In this document: positions 24,842 through 35,418 of the stretch, piece after piece
Layout: every line of letters begins with the position of its first letter
Numbering within the stretch: position 1 is the first letter of the stretch
NCBI GenBank assembly: GCA_039796075.1
Contig: JBDKKN010000134.1
Coordinates: 9,484-73,483, forward strand
Length of the DNA stretch: 64,000 nt
Direction: 5' to 3'
DNA from: Planctomycetota bacterium
GTDB lineage: Bacteria > Planctomycetota > Phycisphaerae > Phycisphaerales > SM1A02
Notes under the pieces: model-generated
The model's input: the letters and a program-made list of their open reading frames with translations, nothing else
The model's database searches: none
What the model was told of the DNA's origin: nothing
Translations under genes and position numbers: made by a program

Positions 24842-26476
24842 ATGAGCACCGCCCAATATCTCACGGCCCCGGTTCCATCAAGCGAACTACCCAAGGGAAT
24901 CCCCTACATCGTTGGAAATGAGGCTGCGGAACGCTTCTCTTTCTATGGGATGAAGACGATCTTGGTGGTCTTTATGTCGCAGTACCTGATGAGCTCGCAG
25001 GCAGCTCCGGCGTACATGACGGAAACCCAATCGCGCGAATGGATGCACTGGTTTGTTGCAAGCGCCTATTTCACTCCCATCTTTGGAGCGATTCTCGCCG
25101 ACGCCATCCTGGGTAAGTACCGCACCATTCTTCTCCTTTCACTGGTGTATTGCTCCGGCCACTTGGCACTCGCCTGCATTGATCTTCCACCCGCCGCACT
25201 GCAAGCGACCTTTGAACCGCGCACGTGGCTACTCACTGGCTTGTTCTTGGTGGCAGTGGGCTCGGGCGGCATCAAACCGTGCGTGTCTGCCCATGTGGGC
25301 GATCAGTTTGGCGCAAGCAACAAGCATTTGCTCACGCGCGTGTTTGGATGGTTCTACTTTGCGATCAATTTTGGATCATTCTTCTCCACCCTGCTCACCC
25401 CGTGGCTCCTGCACAACTACGGCCCGGGTTGGGCATTCGGAGTTCCGGGTGTTCTGATGGGGCTTGCCACCATCGTCTTCTGGATGGGTCGACACAAGTT
25501 TGTACATATTCCAGCACGCGGGTTTGGATTCGTCACCGAGGCACTCTCCGGCGGCGGATTGCGGGTGCTTGCCAAGTTGGCATCGGTGTACGTGTTTGTA
25601 GCGGTGTTCTGGTCGCTCTATGACCAAACTGGCGGCGCTTGGGTGCTGCAAGCCGCGCAGATGAACTGCAATTTCATGGGCATCCGTTGGTTGGAATCAC
25701 AGGTTCAGGCGATCAATCCGCTGCTGATTCTGGTGTTCATTCCAACGTTTTCGTACCTGATTTATCCATTCCTTGGCCGATTTGTCACGCTCACTCCAAT
25801 CCGCAAGATCACCGCTGGGTTCTTTCTGACCATTGCCGCATTTGCGATCAGTGCCGGAGCACAGGCGAAAATCGACACCGCGGAAGCAGCATTCCGCGCC
25901 ACCGTGGTACCGATGGTTTCTAGTAACCGCGTTGACATCACCGCTACCGCTGCTGCACTCCGAACTGAGGAGCGCAATGCCACCGCTGTGAAAATTGAAG
26001 AACTCACCAAGGCTTCGGCGCCGGATGATGCCAAGTGGAGCGCTTCGATGTCACAGGCATTGGCTGCCGGCGGCATCGTGATTCAAGTGGATGGTTCGCG
26101 CTCCGAAGCAGACTGGCCATCGATTGCGTGGCAGTTGCTGGCATACGTGGTCATTACCGCTGCAGAAGTATTGGTATCCATCACCTGCTTGGAATTTAGT
26201 TACACGCAAGCTCCGCCTGCCATGAAGAGCTTCGTCATGAGTCTCTATCTCTTGAGCGTTGCAGCGGGCAACACACTCACCGCGCTGGTTAACCGATTCA
26301 CCATGGATGCCGACGGCAACTCCACACTGGTGGGTGCGGACTACTACTGGTTCTTCACCAAATTGATGGCAGTGGCATCGGTGGCGTTCTTGATTGTTGG
26401 ATACCTCTACAAACCACGTGACTACATGCAGGAAGAAACTGCCAAGTGGCCTTCATCACCCGGGCAGGAACCATAG
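24842..26476 (+). CDS. POT/PTR2-family proton-dependent oligopeptide transporter
   Basis: GNEAAERFSFYGMKTILVVFM (ExxERFxYY-type motif) and FLVAVGSGGIKPCVSAHVGDQF (PTR2 signature), with 12-14 TM helices and a ~100-aa soluble insertion between late helices. The start is taken at ATG 24842 (MSTAQYL...). Confidence 0.85.
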   Translation: MSTAQYLTAPVPSSELPKGIPYIVGNEAAERFSFYGMKTILVVFMSQYLMSSQAAPAYMTETQSREWMHWFVASAYFTPIFGAILADAILGKYRTILLLSLVYCSGHLALACIDLPPAALQATFEPRTWLLTGLFLVAVGSGGIKPCVSAHVGDQFGASNKHLLTRVFGWFYFAINFGSFFSTLLTPWLLHNYGPGWAFGVPGVLMGLATIVFWMGRHKFVHIPARGFGFVTEALSGGGLRVLAKLASVYVFVAVFWSLYDQTGGAWVLQAAQMNCNFMGIRWLESQVQAINPLLILVFIPTFSYLIYPFLGRFVTLTPIRKITAGFFLTIAAFAISAGAQAKIDTAEAAFRATVVPMVSSNRVDITATAAALRTEERNATAVKIEELTKASAPDDAKWSASMSQALAAGGIVIQVDGSRSEADWPSIAWQLLAYVVITAAEVLVSITCLEFSYTQAPPAMKSFVMSLYLLSVAAGNTLTALVNRFTMDADGNSTLVGADYYWFFTKLMAVASVAFLIVGYLYKPRDYMQEETAKWPSSPGQEP

Positions 26477-26484
26477 GAATCATC

Positions 26485-27726
26485 ATGAAATTTGCACCGT
26501 ATCTCATCCTTTCATTGTCTGGAATGATGCTGCTTGCGGGGCTTGCGCCGCTACCCGCTGCACGTCATGAAGACGCGCGAACGGCGCCAGCGGTGGCAGT
26601 GCCAGTGGCATCGGGGGTTCAGTACGAACTCATCGGCCGCTATGACGTTGACCAGCTCAATCAGATTTTGACCAAGGCCACGCCCGCATTCACCGGGTTC
26701 CCAGTCACCTACACGCCCGCGCGCAACGCGGTGAAGATGTACCGGGTGACTTACCCATCCGTCATCCCAGAGCGCAACAACCGCCCCACCATTGCATCGG
26801 GACTGATTGCTATTCCGGAGACCGCAGACAAGTCCATGCCGATGGTTTCCTACCAGCACGGCACAGTGATGGAGAAACACGCGGTGCCATCGTTCCCGGA
26901 GGAATCGCAGGAAACGCAATTGATGATCGCGCAGTTTGCTGGTCAGGGATATGTAGTCATCGGTGCCGACTATTTCGGAATGGGAACGTCCACGGAGAAG
27001 GACGGCTACATGGTGATCGGTAGCCAGCAGCAGGCATGTGTGGACATGTACCGATCCTCGCTGGCAGTGCTTGCCAAGGAAGGGATTTCAGCCAAGGAGC
27101 TGTTCCTGACTGGCTGGTCGCAAGGGGGCGTGGTGACTATGTGCTTCCTTGAAGTCCTTGAGAAGAATAACGTGGCAGTTGCGGCGGTCGGCACTGCCGC
27201 CGCGCAATGCGATGGATATGTGATGCTCAGCGGCTTCCTCAATCATCCGCGTTCGATCGACGCACCATGGGTGTCCGCCATGTTCATCCTCACCGCGTTC
27301 TCCTATGAGGAGTACTACGGCGTCCCGGGTCTTGCCAAAGCGCTCTTCACGGACGAGCAATATGAGCTGGCGCGGAAGATCTACATGAAGGAGCCGTACA
27401 CGGAACCATGGCCCGGCGATCTGCACAAACTGATTCGCAAGGAGTATTTCGATCCGAACTACTTTGCAAGCACAATGTACTGCACGCTCATTCAGAAGCT
27501 GCACGCCTACCGCTGGCAGGTGAAGACCAACGTTCGTATGTACTACGGCGATATCGATGAATGCCTGACTATTGGTCTCGCACAGCTTCCCTCCATGTAT
27601 CAGCGGGCGTTAGGCAGCAATACCGTCGAGGCCATCAGCGCTGGACCGGATGCCAATCACCGTGGCACCTATGGGCGCGCAGCTGCGGAGTGGAAGAAGT
27701 GGTTCGATTCCTTGCGAGCGAAGTGA
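26485..27726 (+). CDS. Secreted alpha/beta-hydrolase (lipase/esterase-like)
   Basis: Signal peptide MKFAPYLILSLSGMMLLAGLAPLPAA and a nucleophile elbow LTGWSQGG (GxSxG). The start is taken at ATG 26485. Confidence 0.6.
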   Translation: MKFAPYLILSLSGMMLLAGLAPLPAARHEDARTAPAVAVPVASGVQYELIGRYDVDQLNQILTKATPAFTGFPVTYTPARNAVKMYRVTYPSVIPERNNRPTIASGLIAIPETADKSMPMVSYQHGTVMEKHAVPSFPEESQETQLMIAQFAGQGYVVIGADYFGMGTSTEKDGYMVIGSQQQACVDMYRSSLAVLAKEGISAKELFLTGWSQGGVVTMCFLEVLEKNNVAVAAVGTAAAQCDGYVMLSGFLNHPRSIDAPWVSAMFILTAFSYEEYYGVPGLAKALFTDEQYELARKIYMKEPYTEPWPGDLHKLIRKEYFDPNYFASTMYCTLIQKLHAYRWQVKTNVRMYYGDIDECLTIGLAQLPSMYQRALGSNTVEAISAGPDANHRGTYGRAAAEWKKWFDSLRAK

Positions 27727-27820
27727 TGGGGAGCTGCGCTAGCAAGTAGCGGATCGCGTCGGCAAACAACGTTCAGCGCTCGAACAAGGCGCGCCGCGCC
27801 TGGCATTGCGCACTCGCCGG

Positions 27821-28336
27821 TCAATCCTTAACGAAAGCCATTCGCTCGTAGTCCTTGCGGACGCCCGGAAATGCCAGCACGCGGTTATGCATGGAGGCAT
27901 ACACACCGGCCGGCAGAATCTGCACTGCACAGAGTGCTTCAGTCAAGTTCTGCACTGAATCCGTGCGCCGGAGTTCATACGGGCGCATGGCACCGGTGAG
28001 CACCACCGCCTTGCTGCATCCATCGGTTGCTTGCATACGCGCATGAATGCGTTCGCCAGTGACTGTCAGGCGATCGGTGCCGTGCACAATCACCACACCG
28101 TCATGGTCAGCGCAGAGTGCCAACGTTCGATCGGCAATCAGCGCATGGTCAGCCTCATTCATATCCAGGCTGTCCTTATTCATGAGCGGAACGCGGGTGA
28201 TCTCCAGGCCATCCAATTCAAGGGACGCGAGAATGGCATCCAAGACACTCAATCGATTGTGCAATACGCCGTGCAGTTCGTCGTAGGTCTTCTCGATAGT
28301 GCCGCCGGTGGAAATGAGTGCTACTTTGAATGACAT
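27821..28336 (-). CDS. Stand-alone L-asparaginase N-terminal-domain protein
   Basis: MSFKVALISTGGTIEK (TGGTI nucleophile motif), VVIVHGTDRL (HGTD) and VVLTGAMRP. Only ~171 aa long, so it has no C-terminal asparaginase domain. Confidence 0.65.
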   Translation of the reverse strand: MSFKVALISTGGTIEKTYDELHGVLHNRLSVLDAILASLELDGLEITRVPLMNKDSLDMNEADHALIADRTLALCADHDGVVIVHGTDRLTVTGERIHARMQATDGCSKAVVLTGAMRPYELRRTDSVQNLTEALCAVQILPAGVYASMHNRVLAFPGVRKDYERMAFVKD

Positions 28337-28405
28337 GTGTGTGTTCGCGCTGCGCTCAGAGTGGGAAACCAGAAGTCTAACCATTCACCATACGCCACTC
28401 ACCAT

Positions 28406-30409
28406 TCATCGTTGCAGATCGCTGCCTGCATCGCGGAATGCGATCGCTACCCGTCGTGCTGCCAGCACCGTCGCGCTGGCCGCCACGGGCTGTTCGTGAA
28501 GCGCCGGCGCGATGGCTGCAATCGCGCGTTGGGCGCGAACCAGCATCGGAGCATCGCGTTCGGCAGTGGCGAGGACGGCCATGGCGCGAAGAATGCTGGA
28601 CGTTCCGCTGGGCACCGCGCCGTCGTCAACGCTGCGCACGCGAGTGAAGAGGTCCGGCGCGGCAGCAGGAGAGTCAAACCATGCGCCGCTAACCGGATCC
28701 AGGAATCGAACCTCGGCAGCCGCAATGAGCGCGCGCGCCTCAGTGCGCCAGCGCCAATCACCGCTTGCATGCGCCAGTGCCAGGCACGCGTTCGCCATGT
28801 GCGCGTAGTCCTCCAGGAACCCATCCACCGATGCAGTACCGCCACGCCAGGTGCGCAGCAAACCGCCATCAGCGGAACGCATGTTCTCCAGTACGAAACG
28901 AATGCCGCGCCCCGCCGCCTCCGCAAAGTGCCGATCGCCCAACGCGTCGGCTACGTCAGCAAGACCCTCGGCCATCAACCCTGACCATGCAGCGATGGTC
29001 TTGTCATCGGTCATCGGTTGCGGACGGAGCATGCGTGCCGCCAAGAGGACAGCATCAACACGCGCGCGGCGTGTTCGAAACTCCGAGTCCGTGATGCCCA
29101 TGGAACGCGCGAGTTGATCAGGGCGCTCCGACAATCGCAACACGTGAACAGCCGGCGCATCCGGATGATGCGGGTCCTTGAAATTAGCAGGGCTATCAAG
29201 CCCGTACATACGAAACGCGAACGCAACATCATCTGCACAGCCGGCGCTCTCCAGATCCGCGCGTGCTTCCGCGGGCGTCCATACGTAATTGGCGCCTTCG
29301 CGCGCGGCGACCTCTGCATCTTGCGCACTCAGAAATCTTCCATCTTCGCCGACCATTTCGCGAATCACATATTCGCAGGTACGCCGAGCGGTTTCTGCAT
29401 GCAACGAATCACCCCAGCGCCGGAACGCGTCGGCATACAGCGAAGCCAACTGACCGTTGTCGTAGAGCATCTTCTCAAAGTGTGGAACCGTCCACGTGGC
29501 ATCAACCGCGTAGCGATGAAATCCGCCACCCACTTGATCAAATATTCCACCAATCGCCATAGCGTCCAGGGTGTGGCGAAGCACTTGATCCACAGATCCT
29601 GAGCCGGTTTCCAATAGAAATCGCGGATACGGCGGCGTCGGGAACTTTGGTGCTCCCCCAAAGCCTCCGTTGGTGGGATCCGACATGCGCATCAAGGCGG
29701 AAGACACTTGCCCAATAGTTTCTTCGCTGCCAAGCGCAGTGGCATCGGCGGCATCGCCTGCCGTTGGCAATGCCATCTGCCGCCGCACGACGTCCGCAAT
29801 GCGCCGCGCCTGCTGCGCCATTCCGGCGCGGTCCGATTGCCACGCGCCAGTCACTGCGCGCAAGAGTTCAACAAATGACGGTCTGCCAAACGCAGTTTGC
29901 GGCGGGAAGTACGTACCGCAGAAGAATGGTTCAAGCGAGTCGGGATCAAGAAACACATTGAGTGGCCAACCACCGCTGGACCGACCCTCGGTGAGCTGCG
30001 TGAACACCTGACACGCGGTCATCATCAGTTCGTCAACATCCGGGCGCTGCTCACGGTCAACTTTCACTGGAACGAATCCAGCATTCAAGTGCCCCGCCAC
30101 CACCACGCTCTCAAAGCTTTCGCGCTCCATGACATGGCACCAGTAGCACGTGCTGTATCCGATCGAGACAAAGAGCGGCACTCCGCGCCGGCGCGCTTCT
30201 GCGATGGCCTCCGGACCCCAAGGCGACCATGCCACGGGGTTATGCGCGTGCTGCAAGAGGTACGGGCTCTGCGAACCGGCAAGGCCGTTTGCTGGGTGCC
30301 CGGACGCCCCAGCAGTACCGGGGGCGAGATGTTCGTGCGCGGAGGAAGCGTCTTTCACAGGCGACAGGCTAGGCGAGCCGATAGTGCCTTGACACCGCAC
30401 CGCGCGCAA
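28406..30409 (-). CDS. Thioredoxin-domain protein of the DUF255/YyaL (SPATA20-like) family
   Basis: [52 protein letters not shown] is the family's hallmark N-terminus. The remainder is a long alpha/alpha-toroid-like region. The exact start is uncertain. Confidence 0.85.
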   Translation of the reverse strand: MRAVRCQGTIGSPSLSPVKDASSAHEHLAPGTAGASGHPANGLAGSQSPYLLQHAHNPVAWSPWGPEAIAEARRRGVPLFVSIGYSTCYWCHVMERESFESVVVAGHLNAGFVPVKVDREQRPDVDELMMTACQVFTQLTEGRSSGGWPLNVFLDPDSLEPFFCGTYFPPQTAFGRPSFVELLRAVTGAWQSDRAGMAQQARRIADVVRRQMALPTAGDAADATALGSEETIGQVSSALMRMSDPTNGGFGGAPKFPTPPYPRFLLETGSGSVDQVLRHTLDAMAIGGIFDQVGGGFHRYAVDATWTVPHFEKMLYDNGQLASLYADAFRRWGDSLHAETARRTCEYVIREMVGEDGRFLSAQDAEVAAREGANYVWTPAEARADLESAGCADDVAFAFRMYGLDSPANFKDPHHPDAPAVHVLRLSERPDQLARSMGITDSEFRTRRARVDAVLLAARMLRPQPMTDDKTIAAWSGLMAEGLADVADALGDRHFAEAAGRGIRFVLENMRSADGGLLRTWRGGTASVDGFLEDYAHMANACLALAHASGDWRWRTEARALIAAAEVRFLDPVSGAWFDSPAAAPDLFTRVRSVDDGAVPSGTSSILRAMAVLATAERDAPMLVRAQRAIAAIAPALHEQPVAASATVLAARRVAIAFRDAGSDLQR

Positions 30410-30417
30410 GGGACACC

Positions 30418-31437
30418 ATGATCACCGATCTGCTACCGATTTCTACGCCCGAAATGCTCGCCATGACTGACCTGGCACCCACCGCCAAGGGCGTCCTGGT
30501 TGGCACCATGGTGGGCGCCACGCTGCTACTCCTCTTTGGAGCGCAGTTGCTGCGACCGGCGGTGGTCTTGGCCGCCATGCTGGTGGGGTTCCTGGGATCA
30601 GTGGTCGTTGCGCGCGCGCTCCTGCCGGGCGTACCGCTGTGGGCCGCAGCCGCGTTCGGTGCAGTTGCCGGACTCCTTGCCGGTGCCCTGCTCTATCGAC
30701 CAACCGTTGGATTGATGGCTGGCGTAGTGGGCGCTGCAGTCGGAGCGCTGATCGCATTTGCCATCATTGCTGGCGGCACGCTGGACACCGCACCCCGCGA
30801 CCTGAACCACGCGCTGGTAGTAAACCCGCGCGAGACAATGCACCCCGGCGAGGGGAAACGTGCAGGTAAACATCTCTTAGAAATTCTGGTTGGTCCACGC
30901 GGCGTTGCGGAATCCAACGCCAACCGTACCGCCACGGATGCAGCACTGAGTGATGCTGCCGATAGTGCGCTACCCGCTGGTGATCGGATGCTGCAATCAA
31001 CGGTGGATGTTGCGCACCGAGCGGGCAACCGCGTTGAGCTTGCATTTCAAGAAACCGCACCCGCGTATCGAACACTGCTCACCGCGTCCATTGCCGCAGG
31101 TGCAGTTGCTGGATTTCTGATGGGGCTACTGGCAACCACGCTGGTGGCGCGAATTCTGACCAGTCTGGCGGGCGCGTGGCTGTTGGTCGTTGGCGCACTT
31201 CCGCTTCTGGCCATGCACGGGTACGAACCCATGCCAACCGGCGCACGCGGATGGTTGATCGTGCTGGCAAGCATTGCAATTCTTGGAACACTGGCACAAA
31301 GTCTGCTTGGGAGCGGCAAGGCAAACAAGCGTTCCAGTGCGGGCCCAAGCACCCGTGCGCCTGCAGCAAAGCAGTCGCCCAAGTCGAAGTCACCCGCTGC
31401 ACCGAGGGCGGTCGCACTGGCATCCGCGGCTGATTAA
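30418..31437 (+). CDS. Hypothetical multi-pass membrane protein
   Basis: Gly/Ala/Leu-rich TM helices lie at both ends, around a ~90-aa soluble central loop. The C-terminal tail is Lys/Ala/Pro/Ser-rich. No motif recognised. Confidence 0.5.
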   Translation: MITDLLPISTPEMLAMTDLAPTAKGVLVGTMVGATLLLLFGAQLLRPAVVLAAMLVGFLGSVVVARALLPGVPLWAAAAFGAVAGLLAGALLYRPTVGLMAGVVGAAVGALIAFAIIAGGTLDTAPRDLNHALVVNPRETMHPGEGKRAGKHLLEILVGPRGVAESNANRTATDAALSDAADSALPAGDRMLQSTVDVAHRAGNRVELAFQETAPAYRTLLTASIAAGAVAGFLMGLLATTLVARILTSLAGAWLLVVGALPLLAMHGYEPMPTGARGWLIVLASIAILGTLAQSLLGSGKANKRSSAGPSTRAPAAKQSPKSKSPAAPRAVALASAAD

Positions 31438-31473
31438 CGCAGTCAGGGGCGCACCTCATACACTGCGCCGCCC

Positions 31474-32760
31474 ATGGACTTCTTCAACTACTCCGACGGA
31501 TCGTTGCACTGCGAAAGCGTTCCCGCTCAGGACATCGCCAGCGCTGTTGGCACGCCCTGCTACGTGTACAGCCGAGCCACGCTGGTTGAACATCATCGGC
31601 GCATCGCTGCAGCCTTTGCTGAAGTGAATCCATTGATCTGTTACTCCGTGAAGAGTTGTGGAAATCTATCGGTATGCCGCACGTTGGTGGAATGCGGAGC
31701 CGGTATGGACGTAGTCTCTGGTGGCGAACTCTTCCGCGCACGTGCAGCCGGTGCACCGCCGTCGACGATCGTCTACGCCGGCGTTGGCAAGCGCGATGAC
31801 GAAATTGCAGCTGCCCTTGATGCGCACATCTACCTGTTCAACGTTGAGAGCGAAGATGAATTTGTGAACATTGCGCGCATCGCCAAGGAGCGCAATGCCA
31901 TCTGCGAATGCGCGCTCCGTATCAATCCCGATGTTGATCCGCACACGCATCGATTTACCACCACCGGCACCAAGGAAACAAAGTTCGGCGTTGATATCGA
32001 ACGCGCCCGCGCGTTCTTCCGGACCTATGGACGCGACCCACACGCGCGTTTGGTTGGATTGCACCTCCATATTGGTTCGCCGGTGTACACAACAGAACCA
32101 TATGTTGAGGCAGTGCGCAAGGCATTGGCATTGCGCGATGAACTGATCGCTGAAGGATTTACAGTGAGCGTCCTTGATGTCGGCGGTGGTTTCGCCGCTG
32201 ATTATGAAACTGGCAAGAGCCCTGCTGCTCTTGATTACGCACAGGCCATCGTTCCACTGTTGCTGCCAGCCGTGCGCGCGGGATTGCGCATCGTCCTTGA
32301 GCCGGGGCGATCAATCGCTGCAAACGCAGGCATCCTGCTGACCCGCGTGCAATATGTGAAACGATCCGGCGATAAGACGTTCGCCATCTGCGATGCAGGC
32401 ATGAACGCTCTCCTTCGACCCAGTCACTACGACGCATTCCACTTCATCTGGCCAACTGACACGTCCGCGGCGTTCATTCCAACGCGGCGCGAGGAGAAGC
32501 CAGCGATGACCGGCCTGGTGAATGTCGATGTGGTTGGCCCATTGTGCGAGACCGGTGACTACTTGGCACTCGACCGCGCCATGCCACCCGTGGCGCGCGG
32601 TGACTTGCTGGCTATTTTCACTGCGGGTGCGTACGGAATGTCCATGGCAAGCCGCTACAACAGTTCGCCACTGCCTGCAGAGGTGTTGGTGGACGGCCTG
32701 CAATTCACCACGGTTCGTCGCCGTGAGACCTATGAAGATTTAGTGGCACACGAACGTTGA
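31474..32760 (+). CDS. lysA: Diaminopimelate decarboxylase
   Basis: Group IV PLP decarboxylase layout: ICYSVKSC (PLP Lys), HLHIGS, DVGGGF, EPGRSIAANAG, CDAGMN and VVGPLCETGD. Confidence 0.9.
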   Translation: MDFFNYSDGSLHCESVPAQDIASAVGTPCYVYSRATLVEHHRRIAAAFAEVNPLICYSVKSCGNLSVCRTLVECGAGMDVVSGGELFRARAAGAPPSTIVYAGVGKRDDEIAAALDAHIYLFNVESEDEFVNIARIAKERNAICECALRINPDVDPHTHRFTTTGTKETKFGVDIERARAFFRTYGRDPHARLVGLHLHIGSPVYTTEPYVEAVRKALALRDELIAEGFTVSVLDVGGGFAADYETGKSPAALDYAQAIVPLLLPAVRAGLRIVLEPGRSIAANAGILLTRVQYVKRSGDKTFAICDAGMNALLRPSHYDAFHFIWPTDTSAAFIPTRREEKPAMTGLVNVDVVGPLCETGDYLALDRAMPPVARGDLLAIFTAGAYGMSMASRYNSSPLPAEVLVDGLQFTTVRRRETYEDLVAHER

Positions 32761-32815
32761 ACGCCTGACGTCGCCCGGTCCAAGCAGTACTTGCAACTTA
32801 CTCAAAGGTCATTCA

Positions 32816-33922
32816 ATGCAGCACTTCGCCAACCCCATCGTGACACTTGCGGCATCATGGTGGTTCGCCCCGCTTTGCGTGTCGGCGTTTGCCGGTGACC
32901 CAGTCGCCACCACTCGCCCGCTCACCACGGTGCGCGGCGCCATCACCGCCGATGAGATTCGGAGCGATGTCACAGCACTTGCAAGTGATGAAATGGGCGG
33001 GCGCTTCTTTCGCAGCCCGTTTGCAGAGAAGGCAGCTGTTTGGATTACTGGAAAGTTCACGTCCATCGGTTTGAAGCCTGGCGTGACCAGTGATTCATTT
33101 CGGCAACCGATCGACAAGAATCCGGAGACTGGCCCGAATCTGGTGGCCGTGTTTCCCGGTCCGGTTGCCAATGGAAGTGCGGTAGCGGGCGCAGGTACGG
33201 GCTACATCATCGTCAGCGCGCACTACGACCACATGCGCCCGCGTCGCAGTGGTGATGACAAGATCTATAACGGCGCCGATGACAACGCGTCGGGTATTGC
33301 GGGCATGTTGGCCGTAGCGCGCGCTATGAAGGCGTGCAGCGCGGCGGGTCAAGGTCCCGAATGCACGGTGATCTTCATTGCCTTCAACGGTGAAGAGGCC
33401 GGACTCTTGGGATCCACGGCTTACGCAAAGTCGCCCACGGTGCCACTGGCGGAGATTCGCGGCATGTTCAACATGGACATGATTAGTCGCGGTCCGGCGC
33501 GACAGATCTATATTGATGGTGGTGAAATTGGTGCACCGGTGACTGCAGCGCTGCGTTCGGCCAATGAAGCAATCGGACTGAAACTGCGCACTGATGAACA
33601 TCCGGACTGGCTCGCTCGCAGTGATCAAGGTCCATTTCTTGCTAAGAAAGTGCCCGCCGTGCTCTTCTCGGTGGAAGACCATGAGGACTATCACCAAGTC
33701 ACTGATGAAGTAGCGAAGATTGATGCAAGTCTGGCCGCCGAAGTGGCACAGCTCGTGGCGTTGGCGGCGATCGATATGTCGCGGCAAGCGTTCGTTCCGC
33801 GGGTTGCAGTCCCGGCTGCGAATCCCGGTTCAGTGCCGACACCAGCAAACACAGCGCCTGTGCCGTCCACAACACCGACACCATCTTCACCATCGGCATC
33901 ACCGGCACCTCACGCGCCGTAA
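32816..33922 (+). CDS. M28-family aminopeptidase (secreted)
   Basis: Signal peptide, then IIVSAHYDH, YNGADDNASGIAGMLAVARA, FIAFNGEEAGLLGS and MFNMDMI. Pro/Thr/Ser-rich C-terminal tail. Confidence 0.85.
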   Translation: MQHFANPIVTLAASWWFAPLCVSAFAGDPVATTRPLTTVRGAITADEIRSDVTALASDEMGGRFFRSPFAEKAAVWITGKFTSIGLKPGVTSDSFRQPIDKNPETGPNLVAVFPGPVANGSAVAGAGTGYIIVSAHYDHMRPRRSGDDKIYNGADDNASGIAGMLAVARAMKACSAAGQGPECTVIFIAFNGEEAGLLGSTAYAKSPTVPLAEIRGMFNMDMISRGPARQIYIDGGEIGAPVTAALRSANEAIGLKLRTDEHPDWLARSDQGPFLAKKVPAVLFSVEDHEDYHQVTDEVAKIDASLAAEVAQLVALAAIDMSRQAFVPRVAVPAANPGSVPTPANTAPVPSTTPTPSSPSASPAPHAP

Positions 33923-33927
33923 GTGAC

Positions 33928-34521
33928 TCAACGTGCGAGCGGGCCAACCACGTGCATGACAATGCACGCGTAGACACCGGCCAACACGTCATCGAGCAAC
34001 ACGCCCCAACCGCCACCAATGCGCTCAAGCGCCTTGCACGGCGGCGGCTTCAGTACGTCAAAGAATCGAAACAGCAGAAACGCCATGCCGACGCCAAGGA
34101 CACCGGACCATGCCCACGACCATGAGCCCGCCTCTGCCATCGAGCGCAGCGGCCAATGCAGGCCAAGCAGAGCGATCGACATTCCGGCAATTTCATCAAG
34201 CACAATGCATGATGGGTCCTTGATGCCCAGCCTCTCCTCGGCGGCTGCGGTCCAACGCACACAGCCGAGTGCCGCCCAGACCAGAAGCGCCACCAGCACG
34301 GCATCGATCACCCAGCCAAGGTCGGCTGGCAAGAGCACCACCAATCCGAGTACTGCGATGCATGGCGGTAACGAACCCCACGTTCCCGAAGCAAACGGCG
34401 CGAACCCCAATCCGCCCACAGTCAATGAGAACCGCGGAAACCAGGGCATTCCTGCCATGCGCTCCCGCGCTACCGCTGGGTCCATCTTTGGTTCACCGAG
34501 AGAACGCTTCGCCGTATTCAT
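33928..34521 (-). CDS. pgpA: Phosphatidylglycerophosphatase A
   Basis: GGLGFAPFASGTWGSLP (the PgpA GTxGS motif), VLDEIAGM and FRFFDVLKPPP. It lies 19 bp downstream of pgsA. Confidence 0.8.
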   Translation of the reverse strand: MNTAKRSLGEPKMDPAVARERMAGMPWFPRFSLTVGGLGFAPFASGTWGSLPPCIAVLGLVVLLPADLGWVIDAVLVALLVWAALGCVRWTAAAEERLGIKDPSCIVLDEIAGMSIALLGLHWPLRSMAEAGSWSWAWSGVLGVGMAFLLFRFFDVLKPPPCKALERIGGGWGVLLDDVLAGVYACIVMHVVGPLAR

Positions 34522-34540
34522 GCTGCGTTCATCGGCGCGT

Positions 34541-35218
34541 TCAGCGCGCGTCCTTCGAAATCGACCGCAGTAACGCGATGCCGCGAATGGAATACGGCAC
34601 AGCGCTCCATACGGTGATCGCCGTCATGGTCCACACCGAAAGCATCTGCGCCATGCGATAGTTTGGGCTTGCCAAACAGCCAGGATTGACAGCAATGAAT
34701 AGCGCGGTCGGAATGGCCGCACTCTGCGCAAACATCTTGACCTTGCCGGACCAGTCTGCTGCAAACGCAATACCGCGCGCTTCAAGCACGCCGCGCAAAC
34801 TGGTCACCAGCAATTCGCGCGCAAGCACGGCAACCACCATCCAGCTTGCTACGCCCGTTGCGCAATTGATGGCGCCGGGTTCCGGTTCAATGCCGAAGGC
34901 CCGGCTCCACTCTGGCTCCGCAAACTTGGGGCTTGCCAAATACACAAACGCGCCGAGCACCAGCACCTTGTCAACAAACGGATCCATCACCCGGCCAAAA
35001 TCCGTCACCACACCCCATTTGCGAGCGAGGTACCCGTCAAGAATGTCACTGAGTGCTGCCGCGATAAAGAGGATGAACGCCGCGTTTCCCCACCACTGCC
35101 GACCCTCAGCTGATGTTGGCGAAAGTGCCAGGGCGATGATCGCAAAGAATCCTGCCGCCATCACCAGGCGAACCACGGTGATCAGATTGGGCAGGATGCG
35201 GCGCACCTCATCAGACAT
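34541..35218 (-). CDS. pgsA: CDP-diacylglycerol--glycerol-3-phosphate 3-phosphatidyltransferase
   Basis: The start at ATG 35218 gives MSDEVRRILPNLITVVRL. The CDP-alcohol phosphotransferase motif is DILDGYLARKWGVVTDFGRVMDPFVDK. The upstream 94 aa of the ORF are Arg/Gly-rich and rejected. Confidence 0.85.
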   Translation of the reverse strand: MSDEVRRILPNLITVVRLVMAAGFFAIIALALSPTSAEGRQWWGNAAFILFIAAALSDILDGYLARKWGVVTDFGRVMDPFVDKVLVLGAFVYLASPKFAEPEWSRAFGIEPEPGAINCATGVASWMVVAVLARELLVTSLRGVLEARGIAFAADWSGKVKMFAQSAAIPTALFIAVNPGCLASPNYRMAQMLSVWTMTAITVWSAVPYSIRGIALLRSISKDAR

Positions 35219-35418
35219 GTCGCGAGGGTAGCGGAGGAGCGCGGGCGGTGATGCGGGCGACACCCCCCACCCCCTGCGCCGGGGTACGGGCAATCCCTTG
35301 GCCCCAGTTCCCCCATTTCCCTGCTTATCTCGGTTGCGAACCGCCGCGTCCCCTTCTATTATCCGCCCTCCCCGCCCGGATTCCCGTGCGGGCTGCCCGG
35401 AGATTGAGGCCACCATCC

